DNA of 64,000 bases from Candidatus Scatonaster coprocaballi (GCA_018064475.1 JAGHVD010000013.1:9206-73205); one strand, 5' to 3'. Positions 31,407-42,092 are shown, counted from the first letter of the stretch. Made by a program: numbers and translations. Notes: a model not told the origin generated them from the letters alone.

Positions 31407-33066
31407 CCTCGTGAATAATGGAGCGAGCAGAAGAGGAAGAATCAGTTTTGGCATTTGCCTTCTCCTCTTTCGCGAAAGACGCGGCTTGCGCATCTCTCAT
31501 CAATGTCGGTACGCTGAAGAAATATCCTTGTAAGCAGTCGACGCCGGCCTCGGTGCAAGCTCTGGCTTCCATGATGTTCTCTATGCCTTCTGCAACGGTG
31601 CGAATCCCATTCGCGTGCGCGAATGAAGCAATGCTCCGAACCATGGCCAGTCCTCGTTCTTGTCCCACATGGGAGGTGATCCTACGACCGATCTTAATTA
31701 CGTCGATCGGAATATCACCTTGAATGGCAATGGCAGAGAACAGTGGACTTAGGTAATCAAACGCGATGTGGATATTGTGCTTGTGAATAAACTTCAGATT
31801 CTCTCGGATGCTGGAAATGTCTTCTGTACTATCACCGGTGATCTCAATCATGATACGATCCGGATCTATCCCAGAGAGTTCAATGGTACGCACGAATTCC
31901 AGGACGCTCTTCTCAGAAAGATTGGAAGCTGAATAATTGACACTGAAACGATTTGAGGCATTCGCAGGTAACGAAGCATAACGCAGGGCTTCCTCCGTCA
32001 TGAACATGGTCAGCTTATGAAGACAGGAAGTCTTCGCCAGAATCGGAACGAATTCTTCGGCAGTCATTCTTGAACCGTCATCACGGATCCACTTGGCAAA
32101 AATCTCGACACCAACAGCTTCGTGCGTCTCGGCATCGTGGATGGTCTGATAGGAGGCTTGTACAAGTCCCTTCTCTATGGCGCTGGAGAATTCACTTGCA
32201 ATGCTGACGGTTCCACGATAGTACTCCAGCATCGCATCGTTATATCGGCTGATATCTTGTTCTTTCAAGTAAGAATAGCGAAGCGCGATGGTTGCATGTC
32301 GCATACCTTCTGAGAGATTTTCTTTCTGGCGAACAACTGTGAAACCGATACGGAATGAAATATAGATCGTAATCTTGTCGACAGTCAGGAGAACACCATT
32401 CAAATTCTGGAGCGCAGCCAGAATATTCTCCAGACTCTCCTCGCTGGAGAAATGCTTCACGGTAATGGCGAAATTCAGATCCGCCCCTTTGAAAAGCACC
32501 GCATTCGGATAGGGCTTGAGCAGTTCCGTCAACTCCTCGGCGATACGCTTCACGGTGTTCTGGTAGAAATCACCGCCGAATAGACCGCGGATATCCCCGT
32601 CTTCGTTGAAGGTGAGCATCATGATCGAAAGTGCACCATTGGATGGAATCTCAGAGTCGGCGATGCAACTGAAATTCTTCAGGTCTGTCAGCGGGTCATG
32701 TGTGGCTATGTACTCGAAATGTCGCTCGTTCTTGCGTGTTTTGGAAGAGATCCAGGCCACTACGCTGGCGAGAAGAATATAGATGCCCATGCGTACAAGC
32801 CACGATAGACCGGTAACGTGACCGGAAATGATGTAGTCCATAATTGGTCCGAGAAGAAGACCACTGAGTGTTGCGAAGAAAACACTATGGATCAGCGGCG
32901 TCGTTATGGCGGTCAGCATGACCGGAACCATGATGATATTGGCATATACACTTGGTCCGCCGCCGGTCACACAGACAAGGTGCGCAACGGCCGCGGCAAG
33001 AATGTAGTTTAGGGGAATGAAAACATAGAGAAAAGAGGATCTATGAAATGTTCGATCGTTACTCAT
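31381..33066 (-). CDS. polytopic membrane protein with a degenerate GGDEF-like region and a C-terminal EAL (c-di-GMP phosphodiesterase) domain
   Basis: N-terminal TM helices. EAL-domain blocks are ...DYLSPLFSAIAIQGDIPIDVIKIG... and ...NGIRTVAEGIENIMEARACTEAGVDCLQGYFFS. Start at MSNDRTF behind GGAGA. The 3' end overlaps the convergent GT4 gene by 26 bp. Confidence 0.7.
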   Translation of the reverse strand: MSNDRTFHRSSFLYVFIPLNYILAAAVAHLVCVTGGGPSVYANIIMVPVMLTAITTPLIHSVFFATLSGLLLGPIMDYIISGHVTGLSWLVRMGIYILLASVVAWISSKTRKNERHFEYIATHDPLTDLKNFSCIADSEIPSNGALSIMMLTFNEDGDIRGLFGGDFYQNTVKRIAEELTELLKPYPNAVLFKGADLNFAITVKHFSSEESLENILAALQNLNGVLLTVDKITIYISFRIGFTVVRQKENLSEGMRHATIALRYSYLKEQDISRYNDAMLEYYRGTVSIASEFSSAIEKGLVQASYQTIHDAETHEAVGVEIFAKWIRDDGSRMTAEEFVPILAKTSCLHKLTMFMTEEALRYASLPANASNRFSVNYSASNLSEKSVLEFVRTIELSGIDPDRIMIEITGDSTEDISSIRENLKFIHKHNIHIAFDYLSPLFSAIAIQGDIPIDVIKIGRRITSHVGQERGLAMVRSIASFAHANGIRTVAEGIENIMEARACTEAGVDCLQGYFFSVPTLMRDAQAASFAKEEKANAKTDSSSSARSIIHEVNSSSQDE

Positions 33067-33192
33067 GGCCAAATCTCCAAAAAACTTTTATCGATAGTAT
33101 TATAACACCGATGGCCGCTGATCCTGACGATGATTTGACTTTATTTATAATATATCGATAATTGTATGTATTGAAAAGAAGGGAGAAGAAGG

Positions 33193-34725
33193 ATGCATAA
33201 GCAGTGGTTCCAGTCGTTATTGATGCGTCGCGCGGTGATCATACTGATCCTGTTAGTTGAGATTGCGTCGTTTATTTTCCTTTGCGAAGCTGGAACGATC
33301 TACTCCGATGTGGCAGCCATCCTGTTCCGTATTATTTCCATTATCGTAGCGCTCTATGTTGTCAGCAAGAACGATAAAGGCGGCTACCGTCTGATATGGG
33401 TATTCCTGATCCTGATGTTTCCGGCCTTTGGCGGTGTGCTCTACGTATTCATCAACTCTCAGATGAGTACCAACTACTATGCGAAGAATCTTGGCGATAT
33501 TCTTCAGAATACTGCACACGAATTTCCGCAGAAACCATCCGTCCGAGAAGCGCTGGCTACGACTTACCCCAATTATTTGAAGAACGTATCCTATCTGGAA
33601 CGGATGAATTTCCCAATATATCAAAATACAGAAGTGACCTATCTCTCGCCGGGTGAGAAATTCTGGCCGGTATTCCTCGAGAAGCTCCAGACGGCGGAGA
33701 AGTATATCTTTCTGGAATATTTCACGATCGGTGAAGGCAAGTTCTGGAATTCGGTGCTGGACATTCTGAAAGAGAAGGTCCAGCAGGGCGTACGGGTCTG
33801 CATCATGTACGATGACATGGGCTGTTTCCTAAGTATCCCGTCTGACTATCCGAAATACTTACGGTCACTGGGCATTGAATGCAAGGTGTTCAATTCTTTC
33901 CGCCCTTTCTTTACGACGATTCAGAATAACCGTGACCACCGGAAAATCACCTCCATCGATGGTAAGATTGCGTTCTGTGGTGGCCTGAATCTGGCGGACG
34001 AGTACGTAAATGAGAAAGAACGCTTCGGCTACTGGAAGGACTCGGCCGTCATGCTGGAAGGTGAAGCAGCATGGAGTCTGACCGGATTCTTCTTGCAGAT
34101 GTGGAGTGGTATCTCTGAACAGGTCGAGTCTTTCGACAAGTATTATCCTTGGAAAGAAGAACCATGTAAGATCCAATGTGATGGTTTCGTACAGCCATAT
34201 AACGATATTCCGATCGATAACGAACATGTAGGTGAGAGTGTCTACATGAACATGATCACTTCTGCGGAGAAGTCGATCTATATCAGCACCCCGTACCTGA
34301 TCCTCGATACGGATATGATCGAAGCCCTGTGTCTTGCAGCCAAGAGCGGAATCGATGTCCGTATCGTGACACCGAGTAAGTACGACAAGTGGATGATCCA
34401 TCAGGCGACAAGATCTTACTACCGTGAATTGGTCCGGGCAGGTGTACGGATCTATGAATACACCCCTGGATTCATGCACTCCAAGACGGTGGTTGTCGAT
34501 GACAAAGAAGCCATCGTAGGTTCCGTCAACTGGGACTACAGAAGTCTCTATCTGCACTTTGAGTGCGCGGCCTGGATGTGCAACAACGATGCGGTACACG
34601 ATGTCTATGCGGATCTTGTGAAATCATTTGAAGAATCGAACGAGATCCTTCCGGGCGAACTGAACTACCATCGTATCTGGAGTTTGTTCCGCTTGATCCT
34701 GCGCTTGATCTCGCCAATTCTGTAA
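33193..34725 (+). CDS. cls: cardiolipin synthase (phospholipase D superfamily)
   Basis: Two HKD motifs: HRKITSIDGKIAFCGGLNLAD and HSKTVVVDDKEAIVGSVNWDYRS. Two N-terminal TM helices. Confidence 0.85.
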   Translation: MHKQWFQSLLMRRAVIILILLVEIASFIFLCEAGTIYSDVAAILFRIISIIVALYVVSKNDKGGYRLIWVFLILMFPAFGGVLYVFINSQMSTNYYAKNLGDILQNTAHEFPQKPSVREALATTYPNYLKNVSYLERMNFPIYQNTEVTYLSPGEKFWPVFLEKLQTAEKYIFLEYFTIGEGKFWNSVLDILKEKVQQGVRVCIMYDDMGCFLSIPSDYPKYLRSLGIECKVFNSFRPFFTTIQNNRDHRKITSIDGKIAFCGGLNLADEYVNEKERFGYWKDSAVMLEGEAAWSLTGFFLQMWSGISEQVESFDKYYPWKEEPCKIQCDGFVQPYNDIPIDNEHVGESVYMNMITSAEKSIYISTPYLILDTDMIEALCLAAKSGIDVRIVTPSKYDKWMIHQATRSYYRELVRAGVRIYEYTPGFMHSKTVVVDDKEAIVGSVNWDYRSLYLHFECAAWMCNNDAVHDVYADLVKSFEESNEILPGELNYHRIWSLFRLILRLISPIL

Positions 34726-34895
34726 GCCAGTAATTCTGAGTTTTCATCTTTTTTGTAAACAAGTACAAAGCCTGATTTATCTATGTTCTGAACGTGATAG
34801 AATGAGGGTATCGGTGGAGGTGCTTCTACCATATATCACCGATAAGACAAGATAGATCCAACAAAGATTTCGTTTATGAACATGGGAGACAGATT

Positions 34896-36368
34896 ATGCT
34901 GGAAAATGCTTACTTAAATGAGAAACCCGAGAAAGATATACTAAAGGCTCGCCTGAAAGAGCAGGAAGACGTACTGTACTACAGTTTGCAGAAACTGAAA
35001 GAGAAGAAGATTCCGGTCGTGGTAGTCGTAGAAGGCTGGGGAACGGCCGGCAAGGGTACACTGATCGGAAATGTCATCAACAACATCGACCCACGTTTCT
35101 ATAACGTGGCGACTTTCGATATGCCGACAGATCTTGAGAAGAGAAAGCCGTTCTTGTGCCGTTACTTCGAGGCTTTGCCGGAGGCAGGCAAGTTCCGCTT
35201 CTATAACACCAGCTGGATGAACGAAGTAGTCATCGACCGCCTCAAGGGTGATCTCAGCGATTCAGAGTACGAACAGCGCATCGACAGTATCCGCCGCTTC
35301 GAGCGTCAGCTCACAGATAACGGATATCTTGTGCTGAAGTTCTTCATGCACATCTCGAAGGGTGAACAGAAGGATCGAATCAAGGAACTTCAGTCCACGA
35401 AGGATACGAAGTGGCGTGTCAGCAAGAGTGACCTGTGGCAGAATGCCCACTACGACGAATGCGCGAAGATCATTGAGAAGTATCTCGAAGACACGAACGC
35501 CTCCACCGCGCCTTGGTATATTGTCGATGCGAAGTCGGAGAAATGGACCGAACTCCAGGTATTGGATCGCTTGAATGAAGGGATCGAGATTGCTTTGCAG
35601 AATCAGTCCCAGGCTGTTCCACTTCTTCAGAACACGTTCCCACTTGTGAAGATGCCGAAGTTGAAGGATGTTTCGTTGGAAGGCGTTGAGCTCACCGAGG
35701 AAGAGTATAAGGAGAAACTGAATGCATTGCAGGATCGCCTTTCCGAACTGCATAACCGTCTCTACAGAAAGAGAGTGCCACTGATTATCGCATATGAAGG
35801 TTGGGATGCAGCAGGAAAGGGTGGAAATATCAAGCGCATCACCGAGGCGTTGGATCCACGCGGTTACGAAGTGCATCCGATTGCCAGCCCGGAACCTCAT
35901 GAGAAGGCTCGCCATTATCTGTGGCGTTTCTGGACGAGATTGCCGAAGGACGGTCATGTGGCCATATTCGACCGTACCTGGTACGGCCGTGTCATGGTGG
36001 AACGTCTCGAAGGTTTCTGCTCGGAGAATGACTGGAAACGTGCCTATAACGAGATCAATGAATTTGAGAAAGAACTGACCGATTGGGGCGCGGTCATCAT
36101 CAAGTTCTGGGTGCAGATCGACAAGGACACCCAGTTAGAACGCTTCACCGAGCGTCAGAATACACCGGAGAAACAGTGGAAGATCACCGATGAAGACTGG
36201 CGTAATCGTGAGAAGTGGGATGTCTACGAGACCGCGATCAATGAGATGATCAGAAAGACCAGTACGAAATTCGCACCGTGGCACATCCTCGAATCCGTCG
36301 ATAAGAAATACGCACGAATCAAGGCACTTCAAATCATCGTCGATGAGCTGGAGAAACGACTGAAATAA
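34896..36368 (+). CDS. ppk2: two-domain polyphosphate kinase 2 (polyphosphate:AMP/ADP phosphotransferase)
   Basis: Tandem PPK2 domains with Walker A-like VVVVEGWGTAGKGT and IIAYEGWDAAGKGGNI. Confidence 0.8.
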   Translation: MLENAYLNEKPEKDILKARLKEQEDVLYYSLQKLKEKKIPVVVVVEGWGTAGKGTLIGNVINNIDPRFYNVATFDMPTDLEKRKPFLCRYFEALPEAGKFRFYNTSWMNEVVIDRLKGDLSDSEYEQRIDSIRRFERQLTDNGYLVLKFFMHISKGEQKDRIKELQSTKDTKWRVSKSDLWQNAHYDECAKIIEKYLEDTNASTAPWYIVDAKSEKWTELQVLDRLNEGIEIALQNQSQAVPLLQNTFPLVKMPKLKDVSLEGVELTEEEYKEKLNALQDRLSELHNRLYRKRVPLIIAYEGWDAAGKGGNIKRITEALDPRGYEVHPIASPEPHEKARHYLWRFWTRLPKDGHVAIFDRTWYGRVMVERLEGFCSENDWKRAYNEINEFEKELTDWGAVIIKFWVQIDKDTQLERFTERQNTPEKQWKITDEDWRNREKWDVYETAINEMIRKTSTKFAPWHILESVDKKYARIKALQIIVDELEKRLK

Positions 36369-36443
36369 CTATCTATTCATTCCCTCGTGTCATCATGATG
36401 CGAGGGAATTTTTATGCCATTTGCAAGGCGGACCAAAGAAGAA

Positions 36444-36692
36444 TTACGCTTCTTCGGATGAATGATCATGCGCCAGAATAACCGGATTTTTAAGGTCAGT
36501 AAGTGGGGTGTCGCGTTTGGCATCATCGATGTAGTGCGTGAAGTGGGTCTTCCCTAAACCGAAATGATGGAGCGTCGCTTTGCTATCCCCTAGGTTGTTC
36601 GATTTGTGGAGTAAGTAAGCCAAAATCGTGAGCGCAATACTGACACCCATTACAAGTCCGAATAGTATAGATATAGCAATCTTCCAAGACAT
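36444..36692 (-). CDS. small single-pass membrane protein S1, partner of zinc-ribbon paralog P3
   Basis: TM helix, then LLHKSNNLGDSKATLHHF and NPVILAH. Strong RBS GGAAGGAGAA inside the 3' end of the upstream gene. Paralogous to 37753..38073. Confidence 0.6.
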   Translation of the reverse strand: MSWKIAISILFGLVMGVSIALTILAYLLHKSNNLGDSKATLHHFGLGKTHFTHYIDDAKRDTPLTDLKNPVILAHDHSSEEA

Positions 36693-36694
36693 AC

Positions 36695-37762
36695 TTACGC
36701 TTCTCCTTCCTGACGATTGTTGACATACTCATGTAGAGGGTTCGCGCAAGTGCGGCGGATGGAAGCGATGATTCTTCGAATCTTCCTTGCGCTGAGTATG
36801 ATGTACCCAATCACGACCAGAAAAAATGCTGTAATATATCCACTAAACGCGCCAAGTAGATCTCGCTTTTGAATGGAGAGAACACCCCAAGAAATAAAGA
36901 AGCAAATGATTGAGAAGCAGAGCGTCAGCGCGACCATAAGTAGCCAGAAACGCTTCTTGTCCCATGGCAAGCCGGCAACTACTTTGCCGGTTTGGCCATT
37001 TACGATGAGCGTATACGGCTGATCCTGATATCGGATCGTTAGAAACCATGCTGGAAGCAAGACAATCTTGAGTGGATCATATATTTCCGCACGGTAGCGT
37101 TCGGCGACGATAACTGGTTTCGGAGCCCCTTCGATGCTTTCTGCAATCGATCTGTTATAGGCATCTCGTGCTTGGGATTTTGCAATTTCCTTTGCATCTT
37201 CGATCTGCATGTCGGGCATATCCGCATAGTGCCCGACGAGATAGTTCTCATTAAAATCCTCCAGTTTCTCAAGATGGTAAGGCTCAATGCGCTGGGACAG
37301 CTCATTATCTATGACCTTCGAAGCATCCGTTGTCACATTCGGCATGGATGCGTAAGCGGAACGTAAGCGATAAGGATTGTCTTTCTGTGAAGCGCAGAAG
37401 AGTATGGAAGAATCGTATTCCACATGTGACACATAGTAGGGGATGTAGATACTCCGCAACTGTTCCGACTGGATTTTCTTGATTTCTTTCGGAATGAAGC
37501 ATCCTTGGTGGAGTCGCTCCGTGACAAGCTTCAGTGCTTTTTCCTTTGTCACGGTAAAAGGAAGGATAGAATCCGGCCGCCTCATTTTGCCAATACGAGA
37601 GAACAGAAGGGTAGGGTTTCCACAGTATATGCAGAACGTGGAAACTTCGGTATCTGTAACAGAAATCTCGGCGCCACAGGCACTGCAAGCATAGAAGTTT
37701 ACATCTAGAAACTCGTAGATAAGTCTTCCTGCACAATTTTTACATGTTTTATTCATTCCCAT
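36695..37762 (-). CDS. uncharacterised zinc-ribbon family protein, paralog P3 (355 aa), C-terminal double TM anchor
   Basis: CKNCAGRLIY...CSACGAEI and FCIYCGNP ribbons. Conserved blocks ILPFTVTKEKALKLV, SIYIPYYVSHVEY and LLPAWFLTIRYQDQPYTLIVNGQTGKV. Two C-terminal TM helices. Confidence 0.7.
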   Translation of the reverse strand: MGMNKTCKNCAGRLIYEFLDVNFYACSACGAEISVTDTEVSTFCIYCGNPTLLFSRIGKMRRPDSILPFTVTKEKALKLVTERLHQGCFIPKEIKKIQSEQLRSIYIPYYVSHVEYDSSILFCASQKDNPYRLRSAYASMPNVTTDASKVIDNELSQRIEPYHLEKLEDFNENYLVGHYADMPDMQIEDAKEIAKSQARDAYNRSIAESIEGAPKPVIVAERYRAEIYDPLKIVLLPAWFLTIRYQDQPYTLIVNGQTGKVVAGLPWDKKRFWLLMVALTLCFSIICFFISWGVLSIQKRDLLGAFSGYITAFFLVVIGYIILSARKIRRIIASIRRTCANPLHEYVNNRQEGEA

Positions 37763-38073
37763 CTTCTCCGATGACGTGCTTCATGGCTCTCTGATGATTG
37801 GAGAGCTTGTTCACTTTGCTTCTTGGCCGCTATTTCCTCCCGATGTGCGAGAATGATCGGGTTAGAAGTAGGGGGAAGCGGCGTGGAGTCCGGATTAATA
37901 TTGTTCCAGGATTTCCGCCCCTGAAAATGACCTTGATCCGAGAAATCAGCCAATCCCGCTCTTGAGTCACCAAAATTATTGGAACGTTCGAGCAAGGAAG
38001 CAACGATATAAAGCGCAAGACCAATGCCTAATGGGATGGCAAAAAGTAAAGCGAGTACCATTTCTACACTCAT
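37753..38073 (-). CDS. small single-pass membrane protein S2, partner of zinc-ribbon paralog P4
   Basis: Start at MSVEMVLALLF behind GGAGA. TM helix, then LLERSNNFGDSRAGLADF and NPIILAH. Paralogous to S1. Confidence 0.6.
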   Translation of the reverse strand: MSVEMVLALLFAIPLGIGLALYIVASLLERSNNFGDSRAGLADFSDQGHFQGRKSWNNINPDSTPLPPTSNPIILAHREEIAAKKQSEQALQSSESHEARHRRRWE

Positions 38074-38074
38074 G

Positions 38075-39271
38075 TTAGTCTCCTTTCTGTCTCTTACTGA
38101 CGAAAGAGATGAGAGAATTCTCTGTGACACGTGAAATAGAAGCCAAGACTTTGCGGATCTTACTGATACCAGCAGAGAATGCAGCCACAATGGCGGCTAT
38201 GATCAGGCCGATGAGTTTGCCTTTTGTTTTGCTGGAGTTCCGCGTGTGCTTGGCATGGACAAGTACATAGAATAGTCCATAGAAGATGAACGTGGCTGCT
38301 ACGGCAAATACGATGGAGAGTAACACGACCAAGGCGACAAAAATTGCTTTGTTCCATGGCATGCCGCCGACGGTTTTGCCGGTCTGACCATTTACGACGA
38401 TGGTGTATGGCTTATCTTTGTACCGGAGTGTCAAGAACCATGCCGGGAGCATGACCAGCTTCGGTTCCTCGTAGATCTCGCCTGCAAATACATTACGGTA
38501 GAAATGGGCATTCGAGCCAAATTCCGAGAGAACTTTCTCATCCACCGCTTCGTGTGCACGCTGCTTGGCCATTTCCTTCGCTTCGAGACGATTGATATCC
38601 GCTTGGTCAGAATAGAAACCAAGGAGATAGTTCTCGTTGAATTCTTCAAGTTCTTTCAGACGATAAGGCTCTACTCTTTGTGAAAGATTGTCAGAGAGCA
38701 TGGTGGAGGCATCCGTAGACACGTAGGGCATCGATGCGTATCCAGCGCGTATATGATAGTGCGTGCTACTTCTTTTGCCATTTGAAGTGGTCACGGCAAC
38801 GACTACTCTGGAATCCGTCTCAACCTTCGTTACATAGTACGGAATATAGATTCCACGCATCATCTCAGGTTCGAAGTTCTTGATGGACCTAGGTACGAAG
38901 AATCCCTTATTTAGATGTTCGCGTACGGATCGAAGCGCGTCTTCTTTGGAAATGGTAAAAGGCAGGATGGCATCCGGCTTCTTCATCTTTCCTACACGGG
39001 ATAAGATGACATTCGGATTTCCACAGTAGATACAGAAAGTCGACGCTTCTGTGTCGGTTACAGAAATCTCAGCACCGCACGAACTACAAGCGAAGATGTT
39101 CACATCGAGCATCTCGTCTTCTAGGTTGTCGGAATTCTTATCGTCTGTTGAAGAAGACAAGTTCTCATAGGCACTGATTGGAAAGATCGTGCCGCAGCTT
39201 CCACAAGACAGACCGTGCTTCTGGACATCATAGATGAGTCTGCCGGCGCAATTTTTGCAATTTCGAATCAC
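38075..39271 (-). CDS. uncharacterised zinc-ribbon family protein, paralog P4 (398 aa), C-terminal double TM anchor
   Basis: GTG start behind AGGAGGAT. CKNCAGRLIY...CGSCG and CSSCGAEI / FCIYCGNP ribbons. Conserved blocks ILPFTISKEDALRSV, GIYIPYYVTKVE and MLPAWFLTLRYKDKPYTIVVNGQTGKT. Two C-terminal TM helices. Confidence 0.7.
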   Translation of the reverse strand: MIRNCKNCAGRLIYDVQKHGLSCGSCGTIFPISAYENLSSSTDDKNSDNLEDEMLDVNIFACSSCGAEISVTDTEASTFCIYCGNPNVILSRVGKMKKPDAILPFTISKEDALRSVREHLNKGFFVPRSIKNFEPEMMRGIYIPYYVTKVETDSRVVVAVTTSNGKRSSTHYHIRAGYASMPYVSTDASTMLSDNLSQRVEPYRLKELEEFNENYLLGFYSDQADINRLEAKEMAKQRAHEAVDEKVLSEFGSNAHFYRNVFAGEIYEEPKLVMLPAWFLTLRYKDKPYTIVVNGQTGKTVGGMPWNKAIFVALVVLLSIVFAVAATFIFYGLFYVLVHAKHTRNSSKTKGKLIGLIIAAIVAAFSAGISKIRKVLASISRVTENSLISFVSKRQKGD

Positions 39272-39595
39272 TTTCTTATCCTCCTGAGTTGGAACACAGT
39301 GACTGTTCTTTTTAGTCAGAATGCTTCTTTAGGAATGAATTCCAATCGAATGATTCTATTATACAGTACTGCAAGTCGGATTCACGTGTCTTCTAATAGA
39401 AATATCCCGCGGATTGTGCAGAGAAGACAGGCAATAACAGAGGATAATTTGTTTGCTTCTGAAATCTTGAACCACAAGGAGAAATCCAAGTAGAAAACTT
39501 GAAACTTTGCCTGATTTCCATATAATAGATGTGTCGAATGATTAGATACATCTATTTCCATTTTACAATGTGAAATATACTTCAGGAGGAACATT

Positions 39596-41884
39596 ATGAT
39601 TTCATTACTTGATTCCGGCGCATACTTGCTGCACGGTACAGAGATCATTCCGGACAATCACGAAGCGGCTGCTGCGATTGCTGCGAAGACCGGTAAGTCG
39701 ATCACCAAAGAAGAAGCAAAGAAAGAGACCATTGCCTATGGTATTTTGCAGAGCCACAATACTTCCGGCAACATGGACAAGCTCAAGATCAAGTTTGATA
39801 AGCTGACCTCCCACGATATTACTTTCGTTGGTATTATCCAGACTGCTCGTGCTTCCGGACTGACGAAGTTCCCGGTTCCGTACGTGCTGACCAACTGCCA
39901 CAACTCTCTTTGTGCAGTCGGTGGTACCATCAACGAAGATGACCACATGTTTGGCCTTTCCTGTGCGAAGAAGTACGGTGGTGTATATGTACCACCGCAT
40001 CAGGCTGTTATCCATCAGTTTGCACGTGAGATGCTGGCCGGTGGCGGCAAGATGATCCTCGGTTCTGACTCCCACACCCGTTATGGTGCACTGGGTACCA
40101 TGGCAATGGGTGAAGGTGGTCCGGAATTGGTCAAGCAGCTTCTCTGCCAGACATATGACATCAACATGCCGGGTGTAGTGGCTATCTACCTCAAGGGTGC
40201 ACCGATGAAGGGCGTGGGTCCACAGGACGTAGCCCTTGCAATCATTGGCGCTGTTTTTGCCAACGGATATGTAAAGAATAAGGTCATGGAGTTTGTAGGT
40301 CCTGGTGTAGCATCCCTAAGTACTGACTTCCGTATCGGTGTGGATGTTATGACCACAGAGACCACCTGCCTGTCTTCCATTTGGCAGACCGATGACGAGG
40401 TGAAGGGCTTCTACGAGACACACGGACGTGTCGATGAGTACAAAGAACTCAATCCGGGCGAAGTGGCTTACTACGATGGCGTCGTAGAGATTGACCTGTC
40501 CACGATCAAGCCAATGATCGCTATGCCGTTCCACCCAAGTAACACCTATACGATCGAAGACCTGAAGGCGAACCTCGACGACATCCTGAACGATGTAGAG
40601 AAGCGTGCGAAAGTTTCACTTGGTGACGCTGTGGATTTCTCTCTGAGAAGCAAGGTAAGAAATGGTAAGCTGATGGTCGACCAGGGTGTAATCGCAGGAT
40701 GCGCCGGCGGTGGATTCGAGAACATCTGCGCAGCGGCAGATATCCTCAAGGGTAAGTACATCGGAAGCAACGAGTTTACATTGAACGTATATCCGGCTTC
40801 CATGCCTGTATATATGGAACTGGTTCGTAACGGTTGTGCAGCGACCATCATGGAGACAGGTGCCATCATCAAGACCGCTTTCTGCGGACCGTGCTTCGGT
40901 GCAGGTGATACACCGGCCAACAATGCATTCAGTATCCGTCACTCTACGAGAAACTTCCCGAACCGTGAAGGTTCCAAGCTCCAGAATGGTCAGATCTCTT
41001 CTGTTGCACTTATGGATGCACGTTCGATCGCCGCAACGGCAGCGAACCAAGGCGAGTTGACCGCAGCAACCGAATTCGACGGTGAGTTCGGCAAGTACAA
41101 GTACTTCTTCGATTCGAAGATTTATGAGAACCGCGTATTCGATTCCAAGGGCGTCGCAGATCCAGATCACGAGATCCACTTCGGCCCGAACATCAAGGAC
41201 TGGCCGGCTATGGTTGCTCTGACCGATAACCTGGTTCTGCGTTGTGTCTCCGAGATCCACGATCCGGTTACCACGACCGATGAGTTGATCCCGTCCGGTG
41301 AGACTTCTTCCTTCCGTTCCAACCCGCTGGGTCTGGCTGAGTTTACACTGAGCCGTAAGGATCCGGAGTATGTGGGCCGTGCGAAGGAGATTCAGAAGAT
41401 CGAGAAGAGCCGTGAAGCAGGCGAGAAGCTCTGCGAGCTTTACCCGGAATTCCACGAAGTGATGGCGACGATCAAGAAGGATTTCCCAGATGTTTGTGGC
41501 AAGAACACCGGTATCGGTTCTACCATCTTCGCTGTGAAGCCAGGTGACGGTTCCGCCCGTGAGCAGGCTGCTTCCTGCCAGAAAGTGCTCGGCGGATGGG
41601 CGAACATTGCAAACGAGTACGCAACCAAGCGTTACAGAAGCAACCTCATCAACTGGGGTATGTTGCCGTTCCTCATCAAGGAGGGAGAACTCCCGTTCAA
41701 GAAGATGGATTACATCTTCATCCCAGGTATCCGTGAAGCGGTCGAGAACAAGACGGAGATCATCAAGGCCTATGCAGTCGGCGCAGACGGACTCAAGGAG
41801 TTCGAGCTGACACTGGGTGAACTGACCGATGAAGAGCGTCAGATCATCCTCAAGGGTTGCCTCATCAACTACAACCGCGTGTAA
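39596..41884 (+). CDS. aconitase-family Fe-S hydro-lyase (putative aconitate hydratase)
   Basis: Cluster-ligand/active-site motifs [15 protein letters not shown] and [15 protein letters not shown]. 762 aa single chain. RBS AGGAGGA. Confidence 0.75.
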   Translation: MISLLDSGAYLLHGTEIIPDNHEAAAAIAAKTGKSITKEEAKKETIAYGILQSHNTSGNMDKLKIKFDKLTSHDITFVGIIQTARASGLTKFPVPYVLTNCHNSLCAVGGTINEDDHMFGLSCAKKYGGVYVPPHQAVIHQFAREMLAGGGKMILGSDSHTRYGALGTMAMGEGGPELVKQLLCQTYDINMPGVVAIYLKGAPMKGVGPQDVALAIIGAVFANGYVKNKVMEFVGPGVASLSTDFRIGVDVMTTETTCLSSIWQTDDEVKGFYETHGRVDEYKELNPGEVAYYDGVVEIDLSTIKPMIAMPFHPSNTYTIEDLKANLDDILNDVEKRAKVSLGDAVDFSLRSKVRNGKLMVDQGVIAGCAGGGFENICAAADILKGKYIGSNEFTLNVYPASMPVYMELVRNGCAATIMETGAIIKTAFCGPCFGAGDTPANNAFSIRHSTRNFPNREGSKLQNGQISSVALMDARSIAATAANQGELTAATEFDGEFGKYKYFFDSKIYENRVFDSKGVADPDHEIHFGPNIKDWPAMVALTDNLVLRCVSEIHDPVTTTDELIPSGETSSFRSNPLGLAEFTLSRKDPEYVGRAKEIQKIEKSREAGEKLCELYPEFHEVMATIKKDFPDVCGKNTGIGSTIFAVKPGDGSAREQAASCQKVLGGWANIANEYATKRYRSNLINWGMLPFLIKEGELPFKKMDYIFIPGIREAVENKTEIIKAYAVGADGLKEFELTLGELTDEERQIILKGCLINYNRV

Positions 41885-41913
41885 GTCAAATAAATCATTT
41901 GTAATCTAGAAGC

Positions 41914-41962
41914 AGGGATTGCCTCAAAAGTGAATTCTTCACAAAGAGACAATCCCTTTTCT
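41914..41962 (+). terminator. structured terminator-like hairpin downstream of the aconitase-family gene
   Basis: agggattg ... caatccct outer stem with inner gtgaa ttc ttcac hairpin, followed by tttt. Confidence 0.45.
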
Positions 41963-42092
41963 ACGCTCTAGGACGAACTCGGCCTGCGGTTCGTAATCCG
42001 CCTTGCTAATCCACCCGTCGCATGCCCCCAGCACTTGAGCAGAACTCCAGATTAACCAAAACTTGCTTAAATCACTTGCATTTAGTCGCGTT

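Noticed and set aside
33865-34599. 244-aa minus-strand ORF inside cls
   Set aside because: It is antisense to cardiolipin synthase, whose two HKD motifs sit in the + frame.
40616-41455. 279-aa minus-strand ORF inside the aconitase-family gene
   Set aside because: It is antisense to a gene with conserved catalytic motifs. No start context.
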